DNA of 64,000 nucleotides from Acutalibacteraceae bacterium. Its GTDB lineage: Bacteria; Bacillota; Clostridia; Oscillospirales; Acutalibacteraceae. Below the pieces are notes generated by a model, which ran no database searches, was not told where the DNA came from, and worked only from the letters and a program-made list of their open reading frames with translations. The stretch covers positions 45,655 through 109,654 of the forward strand of contig JAZNVT010000025.1 in assembly GCA_045592945.1 (NCBI GenBank). Reading direction: 5' to 3'. A program made the position numbers and the translations under genes. Within the stretch, counting starts at the first letter, position 1; the number at the start of each line of letters is the position of its first letter. Below, piece after piece: positions 8,938 through 18,970 of the stretch.

Positions 8938-11900
8938 TCAGGAATAATTTGAAACCTGAAGCATACCCTGTGCATACCATATACCGATTCTCCACATCGA
9001 GTCACCGCAATAGTGTGCACCGTCATATTCACCATTTTCGTTATTGTTAACGTATTTTGATAAACAGGTTGATGTGTCAACCCAAATTGAGTTAGCAAGG
9101 GTTGTGCTTGAGGGGGAGGTGTTAGCATAAAGCCCTGCAGTTGTAGTGTTAATTACATTACTTGTGGTATCTGCAGGCACGTACCAAAGAGAAGCATTTC
9201 CTGATTTGTAAGAGTTAATGGTATCGGAATATATCCAGCTATTATAGGTCTGTTCGGCATTCGTTATAGGGTTTAAGAACGTACGATTGTCGTATGCGGC
9301 AATACCGCCGTCAACAAAGCCTATGTGAGAGTCAACGTCTCTTGATTCAAAGTTAGTTCGAACCTTGTTAACAAGAATATTCTGTAAATCACCGTATTGG
9401 TTTGCCCACTGCTCAAAGCCGGAGTCACTTTCGCCCTGATGCCACAAGAAGGACCTTATGTTAATATTGTTTGCACCGTGCATTTTTACAATATCATCAA
9501 GAGCAGTATCAACGTAGTCAACCATTAAATCACTTAAGTAGCCACCTAAATCGTTATAGATATCCGGTGCGTTAGCGGCGTTGTTATAATTTGTATCGTA
9601 TATCCAGTTACCGCCAAGGAAGGTTCCTGCGGCAGTGTATTTAATGATATACCACATTTCGTCCTTTGTGCTTTCATTAGTTGCAAGGAACCATGAAAGA
9701 CCAACCTCAGGACCGAACCAAAGGTCTGCCTGACCACCTATACCAAGCTTAAAGGTTTCAAACTTATCGTTTGAAAAATACGTTTTCCAGCCGGTGGTGC
9801 CGTCGTTATTAATATTATTATATTTGATTTTTATGTTAGAAAAATCTGTGCTTCCGACCATTGTCTTAACTGCATCAGTCAAGGGGCTTGCGCCGTAAGC
9901 ATTTGACTGACCGCAAAGTATAATGACGTTTGCTGTTTTTGTTTTCATGTTCATAGCGTCCTTTAACGTTACGTATGCGGGAGTATATAAAACGGGGTTT
10001 TGCTGATTTAAAAGCTCAAGGTCCTTACTGTCCACAACGTCATCAGAGTTGATGTCGCAAATATATTTTTGCTGCAAGGAAAGCTTTGAAACGTCCTTCA
10101 TTGCAGTTTTCATTAAAGAAATGTCATAAGAGGTAAAGGGCACGCCGTCAAAATCGAAGTCGCCTTTTGAGTAGACGGGTAGGTTAACCTTGTGACCGTT
10201 TATAAGTCTTTCGAGTATTGAGCAGTCAATAACGTTTAAAACGCTATCACTATTCATATCGGAAAGGAAAAGCTCTTTTTCGGTAACCTCTTCTTCTGCA
10301 AGAGCTGTGTTTACAAGCTGCTGTAAATCGTAGATATCTAATATATCGTTATCAACAAGGTCGCCGATAAAGATTAATGAATAACCGTTGTTTGCAGATG
10401 CGATTACCTTATATTCACCCGTTGTATCAAATACGGGACCTGCGCCCTCAATGTTTGTTTTCTGTCCCCATATTTGCTCGGAGCATTCTTTTTGAAGTAA
10501 GTATGCAACCTCACCTGAAGAGAATTCTTCTAAAGCTTTACCAACGGAACAATTACCGCTATCGGCGGTTGTGCTACCCTTAGTAGCGTTTCCTATACCG
10601 TTTTGAGAGGTGCCTTTGCCGTCTTTTGCACATTCTGTAAGGTAATAGCAGTTTGTAAGGCTTGAAGCTGCTGAAGCACCACCTGCGATACCGCCACAGT
10701 AATTGTTTGTGGCATCAGCAACGCCTACATTATAGCAGTTTCTAATTGTATTACTTGTGTAGCCTGCAATACCGCCTACGTAAGAAGCACCGTCAGAAAC
10801 GATACAGTAGGAGTAGCAGTTTTCGATAGTACCCGCATTTTGTCCTGCAATACCGCCAACGTAAGAGATACCACCGAAATAAGAGTCATCAATACCTACT
10901 TTTTTGATTATTGCATTTGAAGATGTATAACCAAATAAGCCAACGTAGGAAGTGGTATCAGAATCGATATAAAGACCGCTTATAGTGTGGCATTGACCAT
11001 CAAAAATACCCTTATACTGCGTTGATGAATTACCGATAGGTGTCCATATTTTGAATTTAGAAGTATCAGAATTCAATATACCGTAAGAGGTAAGAACGGG
11101 AGCATTATCTGTAATATCATTTGTAAGAACTGCGTTTGCAGTAGGGTTACCGAGATTAACAAAATCGCTGAACCAGTGAAGCTGACCTGCGTTTGAAATC
11201 TCATAAACGCTATCCTTTGTGCCGTCACCGTTAAGGTCGTATTTATCGGTTGTAAGAGTTGCCGCTTCATTTTTACCGCAAATGTTACAGTAGCCGTTAG
11301 TGAAACCAACCTGGCAGGGGTCGTCAATATCTGTAGCAACATCCTTGAAGGTGCTTCTTATAGTGTCAACGTTACCTGTTGTAAGGTAGTATGCGTAAGA
11401 ATAAGGGCTAAAGCTCTTAAAAGTAAATGTATCAACGGGTGCAATATATGATGTAGGACTTTCTGTTGCAGGGGAAACTGTTGTACATAAATCTCTGCTG
11501 AAAACGCCCGTAAACATATTTGTCTGACCGGGGGAGTAAAGACCGATACCGAAGCTGTCTGCATCGTCACCGATAAAAGCACACCAGTTTTCGTTACAGT
11601 AGAAGTTTTGGTTGGCGCCTGCGGCTTCGCCCCAGAAAACAAGACTGCTTTCGTCTTTTCTTGTATTTGAATCCGACCAAGCCTCGCCACCTGAATAGTA
11701 AACGAAATTATTAAGAGGCTCAACGCAGTAGAAAGCGGGGAGCTCTTGAGTTGTTGTAGCTTCAGGGTAACCTGAATAGTCTACAAATCTGCAGGTTGCT
11801 CTCATTAAGCCGTCTTCAAGAGTGTACCAAGCCTCCATATAAGAGGGTGTGATATGCTCCATTGTTTTACCCCAGTCAAGAGGACGGCATTTAACGTAAA

Positions 11901-13605
11901 TTTCGTTTTCAGTTACCTTTAAATCAACGATTTTACTTGGCTCGTTGTGAACGTTACCGCCTTGAACGGGGTTGTAATTCCAAGGAGTACCGTTGTAATC
12001 ACCCATTTCATAGGGTGGTGAGCCTGTACCGTAATAGGATTGCTGAACAAGTCTACCTGTGTCGTTGCAATTAATTAGGTTAACCGCATCGCTTGTGTTA
12101 TAAAGAAAACCGGTTGTGTTTACTTTACTCTTAAAGTCAACCTCTGTTATTTTTGATGAGCCGTATTTACTAACTGATGAATAAACGTCGTTTTTCAAAT
12201 CCTCAAGATATGAAAGAGCACCGCCCCAATGCAAATCAATACCGATTTTATAATCTGCACTTGAAAGATACACTAAGTTATCGGGGATAGTGTCTTTAGA
12301 TGTTGTAATGGATTCTAATTTGAAATCCATAAACTCTTTATCAAGAGCTGTAAAGGTGATTGATGAAATCTGAGTTTGTGTTGTACCGTCAAGGAAACCG
12401 TCAATATATCCTGTGAAAACGCCATCCTCTGCAGGCTCAAGGAAAAAGTCTTCTTGCGTTGAGCCCATAAGCATTATGGCTTTAACGTAAGCATCTGAGG
12501 AATAGTGGATTTCGTAACGGTTAAAAGCAGATGCAGTTTGATTAATTGTGTAGACGTTGTTAGCAACAGAAGCTGTGATTGTACTGTTGTTAACTGTAAC
12601 AGAAACATTTTCTGCTTCTTTGACAGTTACGGTAAAGGATGTTTGCTTACCGCCGTATTCAATGGTAATTGTTTGTTGACCAAGTGTGTCTAATATTTGA
12701 GGGTAGCAATAGAAGCCTGAATTAAGAGCTTCGGTTGTACCGTTGGAATAGTTGATGTTTATTGATAAGCCTGAAGCATCAAGCTTTTCACCTATGGTAT
12801 AGGTCTGCTTAGTGGGGAGAGAGGCAACGGATATAGTACCGTCTAACTGAGTTTCCCATTTTGAATATAAGCTGTAGCTTGAGGCTGTCATAAGTGTATT
12901 TTCAGTAATTCTTTCGCCTGTGCCGTCGGGACCCGTGTACCATCCGGCGAAAACAAGACCGCTTCTGTTAGGCGTGGGTAATTCACCGTAGGTATTACCT
13001 TGTGAATAGGTATAAACTGTTCTGAAAGGAATATCCTTTGAATATTCGTAAACTGCAGCTTCACAAATTCTGATATCCTTAACTGTAGCATAAGTGTTGG
13101 GACTGTTGACGTCAAATCTTATTTGTATAAATGCTGCGTTTGCAGGTGTTGTGAAGGTCCATTGGTTATCACCATATTGAGTAGCAGATGCCGTGTCAAG
13201 TGATATATAAGCATCTGAAGAATCAAAATAGAAAACAAAGGTGTCAAAGCTTGTAACAGTGCCGTTTGCATTGTATTTGAAAATATAGCTTGTGCTTGGC
13301 TTTACGGGCATTGAATAATAGCCTGTATTTGAGCCCATAGAGTGAGCAGTATATACTTCGTTTGCAGAGTTATTAGTTAAAGTAAAGCTACCTGCAGAAA
13401 TATCCTTTGTAATTTCAGCACCTGTAAGATTGGGTGAAATAACACCTGATCTTGTATGGTTAGCCCATTGCTCAAAGACAAAAATATTGTCAAATGTAAG
13501 CTCATAAATACCCCCTGCTGCAGAAACAACAGGGCTTAAAAAGCTTGATGCAAGTAAAATTACGCTTAATAACAAAGCAGAAATTCTTTTTGATGTCCTT
13601 TTCAT
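8938..13605 (-). CDS. Secreted multidomain protein: Listeria-Bacteroides repeat, Ig-like domain, GLUG-type repeats, two dockerins, C-terminal SASA/SGNH-like O-acetylesterase
   Basis: Start at MKRTSKRISALLLSVILLASS (signal peptide) with an AAGGTGG RBS. LVFAGWYTGPDGTGERI repeat. Repeated GGIAG blocks. Dockerin pairs GDLVDNDILDIYDL / SDMNSDSVLNVIDCSILERL and GDFDFDGVPFTSYDISLM / CDINSDDVVDSKDLELL (about nt 10006-10365). LCGQSNAYG and WHQGESD esterase motifs (about nt 8941-9933). Confidence 0.85.
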   Translation of the reverse strand: MKRTSKRISALLLSVILLASSFLSPVVSAAGGIYELTFDNIFVFEQWANHTRSGVISPNLTGAEITKDISAGSFTLTNNSANEVYTAHSMGSNTGYYSMPVKPSTSYIFKYNANGTVTSFDTFVFYFDSSDAYISLDTASATQYGDNQWTFTTPANAAFIQIRFDVNSPNTYATVKDIRICEAAVYEYSKDIPFRTVYTYSQGNTYGELPTPNRSGLVFAGWYTGPDGTGERITENTLMTASSYSLYSKWETQLDGTISVASLPTKQTYTIGEKLDASGLSININYSNGTTEALNSGFYCYPQILDTLGQQTITIEYGGKQTSFTVTVKEAENVSVTVNNSTITASVANNVYTINQTASAFNRYEIHYSSDAYVKAIMLMGSTQEDFFLEPAEDGVFTGYIDGFLDGTTQTQISSITFTALDKEFMDFKLESITTSKDTIPDNLVYLSSADYKIGIDLHWGGALSYLEDLKNDVYSSVSKYGSSKITEVDFKSKVNTTGFLYNTSDAVNLINCNDTGRLVQQSYYGTGSPPYEMGDYNGTPWNYNPVQGGNVHNEPSKIVDLKVTENEIYVKCRPLDWGKTMEHITPSYMEAWYTLEDGLMRATCRFVDYSGYPEATTTQELPAFYCVEPLNNFVYYSGGEAWSDSNTRKDESSLVFWGEAAGANQNFYCNENWCAFIGDDADSFGIGLYSPGQTNMFTGVFSRDLCTTVSPATESPTSYIAPVDTFTFKSFSPYSYAYYLTTGNVDTIRSTFKDVATDIDDPCQVGFTNGYCNICGKNEAATLTTDKYDLNGDGTKDSVYEISNAGQLHWFSDFVNLGNPTANAVLTNDITDNAPVLTSYGILNSDTSKFKIWTPIGNSSTQYKGIFDGQCHTISGLYIDSDTTSYVGLFGYTSSNAIIKKVGIDDSYFGGISYVGGIAGQNAGTIENCYSYCIVSDGASYVGGIAGYTSNTIRNCYNVGVADATNNYCGGIAGGASAASSLTNCYYLTECAKDGKGTSQNGIGNATKGSTTADSGNCSVGKALEEFSSGEVAYLLQKECSEQIWGQKTNIEGAGPVFDTTGEYKVIASANNGYSLIFIGDLVDNDILDIYDLQQLVNTALAEEEVTEKELFLSDMNSDSVLNVIDCSILERLINGHKVNLPVYSKGDFDFDGVPFTSYDISLMKTAMKDVSKLSLQQKYICDINSDDVVDSKDLELLNQQNPVLYTPAYVTLKDAMNMKTKTANVIILCGQSNAYGASPLTDAVKTMVGSTDFSNIKIKYNNINNDGTTGWKTYFSNDKFETFKLGIGGQADLWFGPEVGLSWFLATNESTKDEMWYIIKYTAAGTFLGGNWIYDTNYNNAANAPDIYNDLGGYLSDLMVDYVDTALDDIVKMHGANNINIRSFLWHQGESDSGFEQWANQYGDLQNILVNKVRTNFESRDVDSHIGFVDGGIAAYDNRTFLNPITNAEQTYNSWIYSDTINSYKSGNASLWYVPADTTSNVINTTTAGLYANTSPSSTTLANSIWVDTSTCLSKYVNNNENGEYDGAHYCGDSMWRIGIWYAQGMLQVSNYS

Positions 13606-13810
13606 AAAAACCACCTTTACAAAATGCACATAATAATACAATTATACTATATAAGAAAAATCAAAACAATGAGCTTTTTAAACAAAAGGTAGCAGGTGGG
13701 TTTGTGTATTCTAATTGAGAAAAAAGAGAAACGTGAATAAAACGAGAAAAGCACCCTAAGGGATAAGCCTTAAAGTGCTTTTTGCAATTGAAAATAATAT
13801 AAGCTTGTTT

Positions 13811-14998
13811 TTAGTCCTGACCGTCTGCGGTTTCCTCGTCGATAACGCCCTTGCTTGCCTTAAAGTTGTAAACGGGTGTTGAAATATCAATTATTTCAAC
13901 TGACGGCTCTACCACGTCAAGAATATCATCAATACTTCTGTATGCCATAGGCGATTCATCTATAGTTGATTCATCAATTGAGGTTGAAAATATTCCTTCC
14001 ATAGCAGCCTTGTACTCTTCTAAGGATATGCTGACCTTTGCTTCAGAGCGTTTCATCATTCTGCCGGCACCGTGAGGGGCGGTGTAATTCCATTCGGGAT
14101 TACCCTTGCCCTTACAAATGAGGCAGCCGTCACGCATATTGATAGGAATTATCAATAATTCATCACTCTTAGCAGAAACAGCACCTTTTCGTAATATTCT
14201 ATCCTCAATATTGATGTAATTATGAATAGTAGTAAAGCTGTTTTCAACCTCTAAGCCAAGGTGATTAATTAGCGTTTCACCCATTTGCTTTCTGCTGAGG
14301 TCTGCGTATTGCACCGCAATATGCATATCGTGAAGATATTTTTCAAGGTAGTCGCCTGATAAAAAGCAATTACCCATTTGAAACCTGCTTTCAATATCGG
14401 TTGGCTTTAGCTTTTTTTTGAGTGCTTCCTCCGGAGAGATTCCGTTCGTAGTAAAAAACGCAACCTTTTGATGATAATTAGCAACGTCCTTACCAAGACG
14501 CCTGCTACCTGAATGGATTATTAAATAATACCCACCATCAATGCTTTTATCAATTTCAATAAAGTGGTTTCCACCACCTAAAGTACCAAATGAACGGGCA
14601 ACAATATCGTGTTGCAGAGTATCGTAGCAATAAAGCTCTTTTAACGGAATCTGATTTATTCCTGACGTTGCTTTTTCGTGAATTGAAGCTCCGGAGGGAA
14701 TGTAAGCCCGAATACAACGGTCAAGGGCTTGAAAATCTATTTCGCTATCGCTGAATTTGTAAACCTGCATACCGCAACCGATATCGCTACCAACGTAAGA
14801 CGGGTTAACCTTATCGCCAATAGTCATCGAAGTTCCAACGGTACAGCCCTCAGCAGCGTGCATATCGGGCATCATTTTAATTTTACAGTTCTTCAACTCT
14901 TCAATATTGCACATTGCCATAACCTGAGAATAAGATTCGTTATCTACTGTTTTAGCGTAAACCGTAGCACTGTTGTGCTTTCCAATAATATCGAACAT
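13811..14998 (-). CDS. rtcB: RNA-splicing ligase RtcB
   Basis: Motifs GSDIGCGM, GGGNHFIE, HSGSRRLG and PHGAGR. AGGAGG sits 7 nt upstream of the ATG at 14998. The longer ORF-track start is unlikely. Confidence 0.9.
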   Translation of the reverse strand: MFDIIGKHNSATVYAKTVDNESYSQVMAMCNIEELKNCKIKMMPDMHAAEGCTVGTSMTIGDKVNPSYVGSDIGCGMQVYKFSDSEIDFQALDRCIRAYIPSGASIHEKATSGINQIPLKELYCYDTLQHDIVARSFGTLGGGNHFIEIDKSIDGGYYLIIHSGSRRLGKDVANYHQKVAFFTTNGISPEEALKKKLKPTDIESRFQMGNCFLSGDYLEKYLHDMHIAVQYADLSRKQMGETLINHLGLEVENSFTTIHNYINIEDRILRKGAVSAKSDELLIIPINMRDGCLICKGKGNPEWNYTAPHGAGRMMKRSEAKVSISLEEYKAAMEGIFSTSIDESTIDESPMAYRSIDDILDVVEPSVEIIDISTPVYNFKASKGVIDEETADGQD

Positions 14999-15028
14999 AA
15001 GCATTCCTCCTTTCTTGATTGTTATACT

Positions 15029-15057
15029 AAAATAATAGAAAATGCAAATTTTGTCAA
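15029..15057 (-). promoter_or_regulatory. Sigma-A type promoter for rtcB
   Basis: On the minus strand: TTGACA, 17-nt spacer, TATTTT. Confidence 0.45.
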
Positions 15058-15104
15058 GGGCAGGCGGGGATATAGTCTTAATCAGCAGTACGTATCGATA
15101 TAGA

Positions 15105-15146
15105 TAATAAAAAATGAGCTGTAAAAAAATTTGTTTTTTACAGCTC
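15105..15146 (-). terminator. Terminator between the receiver-like gene and rtcB
   Basis: 13-bp stem GAGCTGTAAAAAA / TTTTTTACAGCTC, then a T-rich tract on the minus strand. Confidence 0.5.
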
Positions 15147-15181
15147 ACTTTTCTTAACTACATATTTAGTTAGCTTACGTA

Positions 15182-15484
15182 TTATTTCGGTAAGGTTATT
15201 GTTGTAACTTTTGAATTTGGAAAATTTTCTATGCAGAAGGCTTCCATTTTTTCTATTCCAAAAATGTGATTGCTATGGATATTAATTTCAGGAACAAAAA
15301 TGTTATTATCCTTCATCCAAACAAGTATATCTAAGCCTGTTTTACGGTCAGTGCCAAGAGAATAATCTAATGAAATATGTTCGAATTTCAGTAAAGATAA
15401 CAGCTTGATTGCAGTATCTGCATCTCGCGCACATTGGTAACCATACTTCGGTAATTCACGAGTATCGTCAACAAATAATCTCAT
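15182..15484 (-). CDS. Small divergent receiver-like protein (cyclic-phosphate processing receiver, cREC-like)
   Basis: 100 aa. MRLFVDDTRELP..DADTAIKLL..ISLDYSLG..GLDILVWM..IHSNH matches my memory of the stand-alone receiver domain that accompanies RtcB-type RNA repair genes. Confidence 0.6.
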   Translation of the reverse strand: MRLFVDDTRELPKYGYQCARDADTAIKLLSLLKFEHISLDYSLGTDRKTGLDILVWMKDNNIFVPEINIHSNHIFGIEKMEAFCIENFPNSKVTTITLPK

Positions 15485-15518
15485 AAATGCACCTCTTAAA
15501 TTTATTCTATTTTAGGTG

Positions 15519-16853
15519 TCACACGTAAGGATATACTGTATAAGTGCCATTTTTGTCTGCTTTCGTATCTTTATAAGAAAGATTTTTAGCAAAAACGTTT
15601 CTTTCGTCACCATATTTGGCAATAGGGCTTGGAGTAACCTTTGCGAAACCGTTGTCGGAGAAATTCTTTTCACTGAAGCTGTTTTCAGGATGAATAGTTG
15701 CTACAATATTTCGTTTACCAAGCATCGCTGACCAACGGCATAAAACCTGAATCAAAACGCTTTGCATACCAAACCCTCTGTAATCAGGGTCAACAAATAC
15801 AGTGTCTAAAACGCATTGGTTTTTATCGGTATACGGTAGTCCGTACTTCTTTAAATCAAGGTTAATGTCTTGCTCTTCTGTAGGGTTTAAAATAACCATA
15901 CCAAAAGCAACCAGCTTTTTGCCATCACAAATTTGCAAGCAAAGATAATCCTGAGGGTTGTTGATTGCGGTGTGAATTTGTTCTTTAGTTGAAGGAGCAT
16001 ACATTTCAGGATTAGGCATTGCATCAATAACTCTTTGCTGAAGGTCTGAAACCTCATCCTTATCAACCTCATTAGAGAGAATAATTCGCATAACCTTTCT
16101 CTCTTCTTCTTTGGTATCTATTTTTCTGTTGAAGCTATAATACCCGTATTGACATTTGGGATTGCAGATATTATACACGTAGTTGAGCAGATATTTTTTT
16201 ACCTTAGCTTTGTAAAGAAGGGGAGCTCTCTTTTGGGTAACGTTTAACTGCTTTTCAGAAAATTCAAACTTACCACACGTAACAACGTTTAAATAATCCA
16301 TCCATTCTTTACAGCTGAATTTATTGCGCTTGTATATTGATTTTAACCATATTTTTAATAAAGCAAAATCGTTTGCATCAGGGCCAAAGCATTCAAATAA
16401 CTCTTCCTTTTGCACGTATGGATTAAACATAAAGGAAAGAAAGCGTTGCTGAAATAATTCATCAATGCTTTTTATATTAACTGAATGCAAAATAACGTAT
16501 ACCGCTTCAAAGTGGTTGACGTATGTATCAACGTCTATAAAGTCAATAGACAACTCATCATCTTCAAAATTATAAATATCATTTTCTGTTGTCATTAAGA
16601 GCTCTCTGTAATTATTCACCTTATAGTTTTCGCGACGACATTTTTCAAGCCACTGGTATACTCGTAAAATTCGCTCGTTGTTTCCAAAATCATTACTGAT
16701 ATTATAAATAAAGTTAGCTCTGGATATTTCATTTTCCTTTCGCATTTGCATAATAAAGCTGATTAAAGTGATAACGACCGCAACAACTGCCCAAAACCAT
16801 TCTTCTGTTACACATGAAATCAAAAAATTTTTAACAGAAAATAAAAAATCCAT
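15519..16853 (-). CDS. Membrane-anchored protein with uncharacterised N-terminal domain and C-terminal GNAT acetyltransferase
   Basis: TM segment WFWAVVAVVITLISFIM. C-terminal GNAT motif A (VFVDPDYRGFGMQSVL). TAGGAG RBS before the ATG at 16853. Confidence 0.65.
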   Translation of the reverse strand: MDFLFSVKNFLISCVTEEWFWAVVAVVITLISFIMQMRKENEISRANFIYNISNDFGNNERILRVYQWLEKCRRENYKVNNYRELLMTTENDIYNFEDDELSIDFIDVDTYVNHFEAVYVILHSVNIKSIDELFQQRFLSFMFNPYVQKEELFECFGPDANDFALLKIWLKSIYKRNKFSCKEWMDYLNVVTCGKFEFSEKQLNVTQKRAPLLYKAKVKKYLLNYVYNICNPKCQYGYYSFNRKIDTKEEERKVMRIILSNEVDKDEVSDLQQRVIDAMPNPEMYAPSTKEQIHTAINNPQDYLCLQICDGKKLVAFGMVILNPTEEQDINLDLKKYGLPYTDKNQCVLDTVFVDPDYRGFGMQSVLIQVLCRWSAMLGKRNIVATIHPENSFSEKNFSDNGFAKVTPSPIAKYGDERNVFAKNLSYKDTKADKNGTYTVYPYV

Positions 16854-16964
16854 TTTTGTCACTCCTAGCTATAAGTGTATATTAAAAAACAACAAGTTCA
16901 AAAAGTATTTATATAAATTAAAATGATTGTTTCGTATTTATTATACTTTTGTTAAACAAAAAAA

Positions 16965-17111
16965 GCAAGGCAAAGCCTTGCAAAATACTTCTTCACTATT
17001 CACTATTACTTATTACCTTCCCAAAATCCGAGTATATAAGAGAAAAGCGAAGAATGAATAGTGAAGAGTGAAAAAGTAAAAATCCCCGTACTATCGTACG
17101 AGGATTTTTGG
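16965..17111. repeat. Tail-type module of the modular repeat family (copy S1)
   Basis: GCAAGGC-aaa-GCCTTGC hairpin, then the CTTCTTCACTATTCACTATTAC tract, its imperfect inverse GAAGAATGAATAGTGAAGAG, and the AAAAATCCCCGTAC-tatc-GTACGAGGATTTTT hairpin. Direct repeat of 24020-24162. Confidence 0.8.
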
Positions 17112-17303
17112 CTGTTACGAACTGTTTAGATGCCACAAAACTTTTGTCTTTTAAGCGTCTAATAATCTTAAACATTCGTTTTTGTAGTAATGGCATCGAT
17201 TCAAAATTCTTTTTTATATTGAATTTGCGAATATTTAATAACATTTTAAAAGGTTAGAGCAATAAAAATACGAGATTATGTAAAGAAAACATGTGCTCTT
17301 TGA

Positions 17304-18353
17304 CTATCCTATTATAAGTTTAATCAGTTTCCAATTTTTATATTTAATAATAACATGGCATATTAAACCAATAACAAAAGTAATGATTATAGTTGCTGAA
17401 AAAACAACAATATCAGCTATCCTTAAACCTGTTTTTTCCATAAACAAAGTAAAAAACAGTTGTATAAGTGGGTGTGAATAATAAGTCAAATTAGCAATTG
17501 TCCGGCTTGCGCTCGAAATATTTTTGTATTCATTAAGAGGGTTATTTAATAAAAATAGCATAGTTATTAAAAGCAACAGATAAAGCGAGAAAGTTAAGAC
17601 GATAGTGCTCTGAATTTTTAAATATATAACTAAATAGGTTTCAACTAAGAATAAAATAGAAGTGAATAACCATGCAGCAAGCAAAGTTTTGTTGTTTTTC
17701 AAACATTCTTTAGTTTCTAATTTTATAAGGAGATATCCCATAGAGAAAAAAGGAAAAGCCATCAAGAAAATACGCCTTATAGTGTTAAAATATTCAAACG
17801 AGAAAAGGTTAGATATAATCGGTACTGAATCGAATAATTTGGTATACGAACAACCTAGGCAACCAAGGATATATAAAATCAAAGATAGGGGAATAAGTGT
17901 TTTTGTTAGATGAAACTTATGAATTAAAGTCACAAGACACAAAGATATGATTATAGCAGGGAAATACCAAAAATGTCCCGTACTACCAAATATGAAAAAA
18001 TTAATTGCGATTTTTTTTAAAAATGGTATAAGTTGACCGTTATCTAAAATAATTTGGTTAAAGAAATCTAAAAAACAATAAACAACGCTCCATAAGAAAT
18101 AAATTGTAAAAATTCGAAATAATTGTTTAAGGAAAATTTTTTGATTTGTCAATAATGCTTTTATATAAAAATAACCTGAAGTGGCAAAGAAAAAAGGAAC
18201 AGCAATTCTCGTAAAAACATTGCCTATGTAAAATCCAAAGTTTCCCCAATCTCCCCAAAAGTTTGAATGTATAATCACAACCATAAATGCTGCTAAATAT
18301 CGGAACAAATCAATAGATGAATTTCGATTTTTTCTTAATTGAACACTATTCAC
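17304..18353 (-). CDS. Acyltransferase family 3 membrane O-acyltransferase
   Basis: N terminus SIDLFRYLAAFMVVIIHS and about 10 TM segments. Confidence 0.8.
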   Translation of the reverse strand: MNSVQLRKNRNSSIDLFRYLAAFMVVIIHSNFWGDWGNFGFYIGNVFTRIAVPFFFATSGYFYIKALLTNQKIFLKQLFRIFTIYFLWSVVYCFLDFFNQIILDNGQLIPFLKKIAINFFIFGSTGHFWYFPAIIISLCLVTLIHKFHLTKTLIPLSLILYILGCLGCSYTKLFDSVPIISNLFSFEYFNTIRRIFLMAFPFFSMGYLLIKLETKECLKNNKTLLAAWLFTSILFLVETYLVIYLKIQSTIVLTFSLYLLLLITMLFLLNNPLNEYKNISSASRTIANLTYYSHPLIQLFFTLFMEKTGLRIADIVVFSATIIITFVIGLICHVIIKYKNWKLIKLIIG

Positions 18354-18779
18354 AAAAACACCTCATATACAATATATGATAAGTATATTTGCCACTTTGA
18401 TTATTGTCAAGAAGTAAGCGTGATAATATTTAAATAGTGATAAAAATGATTGGTTACGCATTAGATGCCAGTCTGATTTTTGAAAACAAGCTGTAATTTT
18501 TGATATTAATTTATTACTTCTTAAAAGTTAAAGTCACGAAGATAGGGCTATAAATAACACAGCGTTACATAGTCTATGCTACAGGAAATAAAGGTGTCAC
18601 TTGATGAGGATGCACCCGTAAAGCGTTTGCAACGGTCTTTCTAAAGTAAATTCAATAAAAACAAAGGCTATCATAAAACTATCTTTTTTATCGCGTAGTT
18701 TTACTGTACGGCTTTTTATTTAAAGTAGATTGCAGTAATGCTATAATGCATATATAAGCATATTTACGGAAGTGATTAT

Positions 18780-18908
18780 ATGATAAAAACGGCAGAAACC
18801 AAAGCAAGGGAATTATTGTCAGACTTATCCCTTGATGAAAAGATATATCAGATTTGCTGCCAGATGGTGTACCCCATCAGAGATGATTATTGTTCAAAAA
18901 AACTATAA
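18780..18908 (+). pseudogene. Possible N-terminal remnant of a glycoside hydrolase family 3 gene
   Basis: 42-aa ORF MIKTAETKARELLSDLSLDEKIYQ.. resembles the start of GH3 beta-glucosidases and then stops. Confidence 0.3.
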
Positions 18909-18970
18909 GGTAGGAAATTGCCGGAATATCGCTGCGTAGCAATATAACTCGCCGAAGGTGAATATAACTG

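Noticed and set aside
9546-13115. Several 60-120-aa ORFs inside or antisense to the giant dockerin protein gene (9546-9737, 10377-10583, 11073-11342, 11358-11723, 12505-12693, 12888-13115).
   Set aside because: They are fully embedded in a 4.6-kb ORF with clear domain content. They have no RBS and their translations are low complexity. They are typical shadow ORFs.
13700-13790. A hairpin AAAGCAC..GTGCTTT at about 13750-13788 as a terminator.
   Set aside because: The stem is only 7 bp with a ~21-nt loop, which is too weak to list. It may still help terminate rtcB.
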